From NCBI RefSeq assembly GCF_009914755.1, contig NC_060934.1: DNA of 64,000 nucleotides; one strand, 5' to 3'. The translations under genes and the position numbers were made by a program. Shown here piece after piece: positions 54,985 through 64,000 of this stretch; within the stretch, counting starts at the first letter, position 1; each line of letters starts with the position of its first letter. Source of the stretch: the human T2T-CHM13v2.0 reference genome, Homo sapiens. The notes beneath the pieces are model-generated. The model was not told the origin of the DNA. It was given only the letters and a program-made list of their open reading frames with translations, and did not search any database.

Positions 54985-56290
54985 TGTACTCGGTTGGATA
55001 GCATTCTCCCAAATTCACATCCACCCTCAGAATGGGGCCTTATTTGGAAACAGGGTTCTTTGCAGATGTGATTAGTTAAAATGAGGGTGCATGCACCCTG
55101 ATACCATTTGGATGTGTGTCCCCTCCAAACCTCACACTGAAATTTGATCCCCAGTGTTGGAGGTGGGACCTGGTAGCAGGTGTTTGGGTTGTGGGGCTGG
55201 ATCCCTCGTGAATGGCTTGGTGCTGTTCTTGCAGGATTGAGTAAATAAACTGAAACTATCTGAGACAGGTCTCAGTCAATTTAGAAAGTTTATTTTGCCA
55301 AGGCTAAGTATGTCGCCATGACACAGCCTCAGGAGGTCCCAACAACATGGGCCTGAGGTGGTTGGGGTACAGCTTGGTTTTATACATTCTAGGGAGATGT
55401 GATTCGTCGATCAACACATGTACGATGTACGGTGGCGTGGTCAGAAAGGCAGGACAACTTGAAGTGGGGGCTTCCAGGTCACAGTAGATTTAAGGATTTT
55501 CTGATTGTCAATTGGTTGAAAGAGTTATTATCAATAGAAAGTAATGTCTAAGTTATGATAAGGGGTTGTGGAGACCAAAGTTTGATCAGCAGATGAAGCC
55601 TCCAGGTAGCAGGCTTCAGAGGGAATAGATTGTAAACGTTTCTTATCAGACTTAAAGATCCTATTCAATCAGTGATTCCAAAAGGGAGGAGGGTAACGAG
55701 GCACGTCCAGCTCCCCCTTCCCACCATAGCCTGAATGAGTTTTCAGGTTGACTTTACAATGCCCTTGGCTGAATGGAGAGGTCCATTCAGATGGTTGTAG
55801 GGCTTAGAATTTTATTTTTGGTTTACAAGTGGAAGCTTCCTGAGTCCTTACCAGAAGCAGATGCCAGTGCCATGCTTCCTGTACAGCCTGCAGAACCATG
55901 AGCCAAATAAACCTCTTTGCTTTGTAAATTACCCAGCATCAGTATTCCTTTATAGCAATGCAAAATGGACAGAGACGCACCCTAACCCACTGACTGCTGT
56001 CCTTACGAGGAGAGGAGAGGACACACAGGGACATGGGCAGGCAGAATGACGTGTGATGACAGAGGCAGCTATCACTGTGCTCCAGCTCCAAGCCAAGGAA
56101 TGCGGAGGGACCCCAACAACCCCTTGAAGTGAGAGAGACAGGAAGGAGCCTCGACCTGGAGCCCTCAGAAGGAACACAGCTCTGCCAACACCCTTGATTT
56201 TGGACATGAAAAAGGCCTCCAGATCTGTGAAATAATAAATTTCCGTTATTATAAACCACCAGCTGGTGGCACTTTGTCATGCAGCCCTGC
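54985..56290 (+). mobile_element. Triple-nested LTRs: MLT1 > MST-like (~55100-55970) > MER4-group LTR (~55243-55827, - strand)
   Basis: Colinear halves on each side; the inner element begins TGTAAACCAAAAATAAAATTCTAAG on the minus strand. Confidence 0.75.
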
Positions 56291-56539
56291 GAAGCCCACG
56301 CGTACCTCGAATAGTGCTGAGATGGGCCCACAGTTGGCTCCACAAGGCCCTCCAGCCCCTAGGCCTGGGGGCTGCTCCCACACAGGGCCCCACCGCTGCT
56401 CCATGGCCGCCATCACCAAGGCCCCTGCTGCTTGGCTGCAAGGCAGAGGAAGATGTGGGGCTAGTGTTTGTTTCTAAGGAGCCTGCTCAGGGTGGCACCA
56501 GTCCTAGTCAGCCCAGCTGCTCAGAGCTGTGAAAGGCAG

Positions 56540-56639
56540 TCTCTCAGGGGTCCATGGTTTCAGCTGGGACTCACAGGAGTCTTTTCCATCTCTCAGGGGG
56601 TCCATGGTTTCTGCTGGGACTCACAGGGGTCCTTTCCAT
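56540..56639. repeat. ~50-bp tandem duplication
   Basis: tctctcaggggtccatggtttcagctgggactcacaggagtcttttcca x2 with few differences. Confidence 0.9.
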
Positions 56640-57639
56640 AGAGGAAGATGGGCAAAGACCCTGAGGGTGGTTCAGGGCAGTTTGGCTGCTCCTCTCCCTC
56701 ATGCAGTGACTGTGGCCTGGGAGGTGGGTCAAGGGAAACAAACAGGGCTCTGAGGACCACCTGGTTAATGAGGGCAGGTCCTCGAAGGAAGCAGGGCTCC
56801 CCCAGTCAGCTGTGCAGGTGAGAGCAGGATAAACACAGCAGACGGACCCACGCTTCTGAGTGTTCATGGAGTAGCCCAAAACCATGGTGCCTATTTCCTT
56901 CCATTCTTTTAAAAATAGGCCACATAGGAACTTTATACCACATTTAGAAGGGGATGCATTACTTGTAGGCTACAGTAAGAAAGGCAAAATCAAAGGTGAT
57001 TTGTCTGTGTCTGACCAAAAGCCACCAAGCATGCAGGTACCAGGATGTCCTGTAGCCCAGCTGGTACCCAAGGGAGTCCCAGCACCATTTGGCAAATCTT
57101 CCAGACTCAGATGGACACATCCCTTTGACCTTTGACAGGTCCACGTGAGGGTCATGTGTCACTTCCTGACAAACAGTTTAAGGGCCTCAGTTCTATGTTC
57201 AAACCCCCTTCGCTCCCCACTCTGGGTGGTCGCAGAGCCTGTGAAGGAAGGTGTCTCCGCCAGCCTGGGCTCCTGGAGCAGGCCAGGCTCCCCCGTGCTG
57301 CACCAGCAGTGCAAGCTAGAAGTAACCGGGCTATGTTAAGACAGTATGATCTGGGAGTTGTCTGTTGCTAGCTCATTCAATCAAACAAAGGAAGCAATGT
57401 AAACATCTATCAGTGGAGGAGTCTTTAGCTCAGAATCGCAACCCCCGTGCTTCAGGGGCCAGGCAGGAGCAGGAGTGCCAGCCAGCAAGGGAGGCCAGCA
57501 AGGGTGGCCAAGACGAAGCTGCTGGGGTGATGGGCAGGTGCTCCTGCAGTGCCAATGCCAAGTGGCGAGGGGTGCAGGTGGCTGTCTCCTCCCAATTTCC
57601 AGAAAAGCTGGACATGCAGATTCTACGTGCTTTCGGACA

Positions 57640-57960
57640 CCGAGCAGGAAGTGCAGGAAGCCAGAGGACGAGACGGCGCATATTGTACGACTCCGTTTAT
57701 CTGAATTGTCTAGAGCAGGGGACTCTATAGAGACAGAAAGGAGGTTGGTGTAGTTTAGGGATCAGGGGCATGAGGTGGGGGAGGTGGGAGGGACAGTTAA
57801 AGGGGGAGGGGTTTCTTTTTGAGTGCTGAAAATGTTCTAAAACTGCTGTGGTGATGAGCGTACTATCTGTGAATATACTAGAAACCTCTGCATTGTATGC
57901 TGTGAATGGGTGAATTGGATTATATGTGAACTGTATCTCAACAAAGCTGTTTAAAAGAGA
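57640..57960 (+). mobile_element. Old L1M 3'UTR fragment
   Basis: gaaaatgttctaaaact...gtgaatatactagaaacc...tatctcaacaaagctgttt. Confidence 0.8.
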
Positions 57961-59569
57961 ATGTGTATATTTGTACATAGACAAGACTGGCTGGTGGCCT
58001 TTGCTCCAGGGAGGGGGTCTGGAAGGAAGAGAAGGATGACAGGGGCTTTCCCTTTGAACTTCATGCTATGTCTGCTTTATTTCTGTGTTAGATGAATTTT
58101 TGCAATAAGCAATTACTTTTGTTTTGTAGGAACTCAATAAGGATTGAAAAAAGGAGAAAAAACAAAAAGGAAGATACAAACAGTTTCTACGAATGTGAAC
58201 TTCCGTGGCTTTGCTGGCATTGTCTTTCTGATTTTGAAAAAAGTGGACGTCCCCACGGGCCAGCCCAGGTGAATAAACTCAGTTTCTGTGGCCTGACTGA
58301 GATGCACTGTCCTCCACACAGCAGCAAGTACATACGTGAACATCCAGGAAACACACGTGCGTGCTCATAGGTAAACATGGCAGACTCATCATTTCTGGAT
58401 GGCATCACAGCCATTTAGGGCAAACCTGAATCAGGTTCCGTATCAATCACATCGTTATTGAAAGGGTCTGGTTATAAACCTTGTCCTCAGAATGGATAAT
58501 TAGAAGATGGATTAGACACAAAGCGCCGTTTCTTTTTCTTAGAGCAGGGAACCTGACGCAGGGCTCTGCAGCCGCTGCGGGCTTGCCGACCGTCGCCTGG
58601 TTGTAATCACCATGACTTATGGGTCTTGGCTGGTGTTTTGGGCAAGATGAACATTGTTGGAGCAGAAATTCATAGCGCGTCATAAGTATTCTGCTTTTTT
58701 CACTTTTAACAAAACAGACTTTCAGTTCCAAAGGCAGCCTGGGTCTGGAATGTGTGTTAGATCTTTCAGAAACATAAACTTATTTTCTCGTGCTTACCCC
58801 TGACGTGTGCTTCCAGGAAAGCGTGACAGGCCACAGGCAAAGTGCAGTCACAACGGGGCTTTGCGCCGAGCAGGAAAAGTCTGGATTTGAAATCAGAGCG
58901 GGGCCTTGCCAATGCCACTCTGTTCCTTCCCAGCCGAGATCTGGATGTCCACATTCTGCTTTATTCTTGCTTTTGAGATTCGAGAAGAAAACACCTGCCT
59001 GGTGTACTTAGTCCTGAAATGTAGCCCAAGGCAGGGGCAGGACATGTTCAGGAGATCCACAAATCTCCCTTTGGTGAGGTCCCTCCGAGCCCATCCGGAG
59101 GATGCAGGAGGTTAGTGAGGGGAGCTTTGGAACACAGGAGCAGGCCTGGAAGAGCGGGGCCTTGGTGGGGGCCGGACCCCGGGCAGGTGGCATTGAGAGA
59201 TTCAAGGGCAGTGCCGGCGGCTCTCTGGCAGGACCAGCACAGGGCACCAGGGCCCAGGGATACGAATAGGGCCCTCCCCAGCACAGCTGCCCCACTGGGG
59301 ACCAGGCACACAGTGGCCCTGGGCACACAGTGGAGGAAATGCGTAAGCAGCTCCCAGAGTCTCAGTAACACGGGGGCCTCTCATCCTGCAAGAAACACCC
59401 TGGGGCTCAGAGGCGGGGCGGAGCGATGACCAATGTCCCATGACTCCGCTCCTGGCTGCAGTGTTCAGCCTCATGCAGGCCGAACAGAGCAACCAGGGCG
59501 AGCAACCAGGGCCACCAACCGGAAACCAAGCGACATCTCCTCTGATCCCCACCGTGCCTGAAAGGTGGT

Positions 59570-60032
59570 GGAGTGGGCAGAATAGTGGCCCCAAAGGTGT
59601 GTCTATGACCCAATCCCCGGAACCTGCAAATGTGATTTTATATGGCAAGCAAGTGATTATTACCTTCATGACAAAAGATGCAATGAAGTGAAGTTCTTGA
59701 GTGCGGAGTGCACCCCAGTCATCCCGGCGGGCTTCCTAAATGCCACTGCGTGTCCTCATAGAGGTGTGCACGGGAGATGTGATACAAACCCAGAGGGGAA
59801 GGCAGACTGGCGGGGTGCAGCTGCAAACCCAGGAATGCCTGGACCACCTGGACCTGGAAGGGGCGAGAACAGACTCTCCCCGGGAGCCTCCGCAAGGGCT
59901 CGGCCCTGCTAGTACCTTGGTTTTCAGCTTCTGGCTTCTGGAGCTGTGAGAGAATAGATGTCCGCTGTTTTAAAATAAATTTAAATGCACTCAGTTTGCG
60001 ATCATCTGTCCAGACAGCCGCGGGAAACAACA
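59570..60032 (+). mobile_element. MLT1-like solo LTR
   Basis: gggcagaatagtggccccaaag...ctgtgagagaatagatgtccgctgttttaa. Confidence 0.75.
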
Positions 60033-61334
60033 CAGGCAGCATCACACTCCCAAGCCGGCAGCGAGGTTTTCCAGGCTCAAAATCTCCGGGCGGCTCTCTG
60101 AGGCCACGAAGCTGGGAGCTGGGGGACCTGGGGTTCACCGGCGGGTCTTTCCGAGCACAGTTGCTCCCGGCCCACCCACGTGGCTGAGCATTTCTTCTGC
60201 TCCCGCCCTCCCTCCAAGTCATTTCTGAATCCCCGCCTGATATGACAAAGCTAGCGGAAGAGAAGGCGGGCCACGGCGGGGGTGAAGGCGTGCTGAGGAT
60301 GCTTGCCTGAATGAACAGCAACGCTTTCTCGGCTTTTTGTGTTGACCTAATGTTTCCATTCTCTTCTCAAGGACATTTCTCTTGGGCATGAATGGGATGG
60401 CCTCGCAGAATCTCAGAGAAATCTCAGGAAAACCGAAATGCCCGTGAATGAGCCAGGTAGAGCGCCGGTGAGGGTGAACGGGTGGGCGCTGGCATAGCGG
60501 AGCCGCGGTACTGGGCCTGGGGCACTGGCCCGGGACGTGGGCGTGTCTCTGTCAGGTCAACCGGCTGCCACAAACATTGGGCCACTGCCTAGCCAGGAAG
60601 ACTCCTTCCCTTGCCATGTGGGTTGAAAACAACAGCAGGAATAATAATAACAGATGATACCAATCAGCAATGGGAAGAGCTCAGATGGAACTCTACAAGG
60701 TGGGAAGGATCCTGTCCCCGTCACAGAGAAGCAGAAACAAAGAGCCGCTGCCCCAGCCGTGGCTGGAACACACCCAGGTCACACTCAGTGCAGGGACTTG
60801 GTTCCAGACGCCTCCTGTCCACCCGGGTCCTGGGCTGCTTCCTCAGGAGAGCTATTTCAAACTTACCAAAACAAGTGGTTGATTTGAAGGCTTATATTTT
60901 ACATGGAATTTCGTGGTTTTCCTATTATGTGGTGTGCTCTTCGATGTGAATGAAAGCGTTGATTCAGAGACAAAAATCATACGGAAACCTCCATTTTCAC
61001 CTCCAGGGCTTTGGTCGTGCACAGCAGCCAAGCTCAGGGCCCTATCCCAGTGGGCCTGGGGCCAGGCGGGCAGGCTGGGGATTGGGGAGCAGGGGTGGGG
61101 GTTGGGCTGCTCCTGTGCTGCTTCTTCCCCTCCAGATTCTGCCCCCAGCCCTCCCCCCATGCCACCGTCCCCCCGAGGCCCCACCATCCCTCCGCTGGCC
61201 ACTGGTCGAGTCTCCCATGCATTTTGAGAGACATGGAAACCTGACTGGTCAGCAGAACAGCAGTCAGAAGTGTCCCCTCCCTCTGCGTGGGAGAGACTGT
61301 CCTTCCTCTGGTGTCCACTCTGAGAGAAGTGCAA

Positions 61335-61830
61335 GGGGTATATGCAAAAGAAAATAATTCATTCTATCAAAAAGACGCACAGGCACTCGTACGTTCACTG
61401 CAGTGCTGTTCACAATAGCAAATGGAATCAACCTAGGTGTCCTCCAACAATGGATTGGATATATATACCCTGGAATACTACACAGCCCTTAAAAAGAACA
61501 AAACCATTTCCTTTGCAGCAACAGGGATGGAGCTGGAGGCCATTATCCTAAGTGAATTAACAGAAGAACCAAAGACCAAATATCACATGTTCTCACTTAT
61601 AAGTGGGAGCTAAACATTAAATGCACACAGACATGAAGATGGGAACAACAGACACTGAGGATGACCAGGTGGGGAGGAATGGACTGAAAAACCACCTACT
61701 GGGTCCTGTGCCCACCATCTGGGTGACAGGATCATTTGGACCCCAAACCTCAGCATCATGCAATATACCCATGTAACAAACCTGCACACATACCCCTTCA
61801 TCTGTAATAAAAGTTGAAGTTATAAAATAG
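61335..61830 (+). mobile_element. 5'-truncated L1PA-type 3' fragment
   Basis: gagctggaggccattatcctaag...atgttctcacttataagtgggagc...gtaacaaacctgcac. Confidence 0.85.
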
Positions 61831-64000
61831 TAAGAAGAAGGCAGAAGGAAGCCATAGGGGACCTGGCCCTGAATGGGCCCACAGCTCAGAGGGGAGATGC
61901 AGGTGAGGTGCCAGCACGGGGTCCCAGGGACTACTCCAGAGGACGGGGCCCTGCACTGGAGTCTGGAGGCAACGTGGTGGACAGGAGAGCGCAGCCCCCT
62001 TTAGTGACGTCGGATCTACGTGAAACCATCTGCCCATTTCCCTTATCTTTCATCGTTTCAGGGGGACTTTGGGTCAGAACCATGGCTGGCATCTAAAAGA
62101 TTCATCTATGGCCTTCCTGGGGCAGTGCTGAAGATGCAACACAGGAAGAATGTAGGTTCTTAGCAGACAGTTCTTGTAAAACAAAATAATGAATTCACCC
62201 AAAGTATGAGATATTGATTTAGCATCACCCAAGAAGTCATCCTAACACTCCATGAAGAATACGTTTTCAGTTCTAAAATCTTCTAATGGATATGTCAATT
62301 TTAACAGATTTTTCCCCGTTAGGTCTAAATCTCTGCTTTGGACGGTAGTGTGCGGCTGGCTGTCAGGAGCACGATCGCATGACAAATGGGGTTATGACGT
62401 ACATTTCCATTTTCCAAATGAGCCTTGCAGCTGGGGCTACAGCCGGCCTGCCTCTCTCCAGGCAGAGTCCTGAGGCTTGGGAAGCAGCCGGAAGCTGGGG
62501 TCCTGGGGGTGGGAGGTGGCTCCATCCACAGAGAGCCGGGCAGGGTGGGCCAATGCCAGCTGGGGCCATCCATAAATTTAATTGTTTTATGGTGATGCCT
62601 AGTGTTATTGTCTCCATTTTGTGGGGGAAAAGTCTGAGGCCCAGGGAGAGGAAGTGACTTGTCCGATGTCCTGCAGCTACTTGTGACCGTGATAGCAGCT
62701 TCCATAACAAACACCGCCGTGGTGCCCATTCTGTGCCGGGGCTGGTCTGAGCGCTGCATCCTTATTAACCCCCTTTGCCCTCACAAGTCACGGCATTATT
62801 CACATTTTACAGAGGAGGAAACTGAGGCACGGAGACGCAAAGTTTAGAGATACTCACCAGAGGCCTTTTGGTTGATAGATGTAAAGCTGCGACTTACCCC
62901 CCCATCACCTGGGCTCCTGCATTCGGTGACAGAAGCATCTGCTGACTCCCCTGCCCTCTCCCAGGTGTTCACACGCACCCCCACCTTCGGCCCCACCCTG
63001 GGGGCAAATCACAGCTCTCAGCTATGTGAGGCTCCTTCCCTCCAGAAAGGCAGGGTCTGTCCTGCCACAGCGCCCGGCTCTCAGCCAGCTTGGCCCTCCT
63101 GGGCTACAGTCAGGGTGGACGGTGGTCCCTTGGGCAGGGTTCCAGGCTTGCCTGCAAGCAGCCCTTCTGAGGCGGCCAGAGTGACTCGGCGTAGCGAGGG
63201 TCCTCATGTCTTTCATCACACAGACCACGTGCTGCTGGGTTTTTTTCCATCGATTTCGTTGCCTTGCTCTATAAGGTTTTCCCCAGGACTTTACCATAAT
63301 AATGTTTCTAGTCAGGCTGATGATGTCTCCCTTAAGAGATATTAATATTTGAATAAATTGTTTTTAAGGTGCATCTCCTTATGAAATAAACTATAATAAG
63401 CACGCTGTAGTGTTCCATGGAACACAGTATGCATCGTGATATATAGAAGGGCTGTCACATATCCATAACTTTGCTTCAACTTCCTGAATCCGTCTGCAAG
63501 GGCTAGGATGCCTTTCTAGAACATTCTGTGTTGGAGAGGAAAACTCACCAAGGCTTCTTCAGAATGAGCTAGGGTGTTGGGCTGGACCAGCCTTGGCGGT
63601 CAGCTGGGATGCAGCAGTTTCAGGGCTCTTGGAGAGCCCCTCCCGATAGCAGGAGGGGGCTGCTGTGCTGCAGGCTCCGAGAGCGAGTCCACTGTCCAAC
63701 CAGGGAGCTGAGGTGTGTGATCCACCTCCTTCAAGATCATCCTTCCCCCTGCAGCCCAGCTGGATGAGTCATTGCTTCCTGCTGCAAACCACTGCTGGAG
63801 GAGGACTTCACTGCATTTGAAGCTCTTTTCTTTAACGGCAGGTGTTTGATGCATAGCCATATCCAAATCTACTCTTCATTTAGTATTAAACATCTGTTCC
63901 AAACAGCATTGTGAAATGTAAATGCTAGCATCTGTGTTAAACCTTAATACAAAATTCATTAAACGCATAGCCCAAAACTTTCCAACCTCATTATAAAGCC

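Overview
Primate (human-like) genomic DNA containing the 5' end of EBF3 (COE3, a Collier/Olf/EBF transcription factor) on the minus strand. Coding exons 1-6 (c.1-554) lie at 8960-2450 with canonical GT-AG junctions and encode most of the COE DNA-binding domain, including the zinc knuckle. The gene continues beyond the left edge. The first ~19.6 kb has no recognisable transposons: large CpG islands alternate with AT-rich, TAAT/octamer-rich unique blocks. From ~19.6 kb onward the sequence is intergenic and repeat-rich. It includes a ~20 kb same-strand nest of three L1s (old L1M host, L1PB-like and L1MA-like inserts with TSDs), plus Alus, MaLR/MER4 LTRs, a Tigger and microsatellites. I found no new protein-coding system. 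The best leads are regulatory or structural: a candidate distal first exon giving a Met15 isoform, an in-frame stop-free intron 1, an intronic element complementary to the exon 5 acceptor, and several template-switch scars inside one L1MA copy. Gene and repeat subfamily names come from recognition, not database searches. Repeat and island boundaries are approximate.
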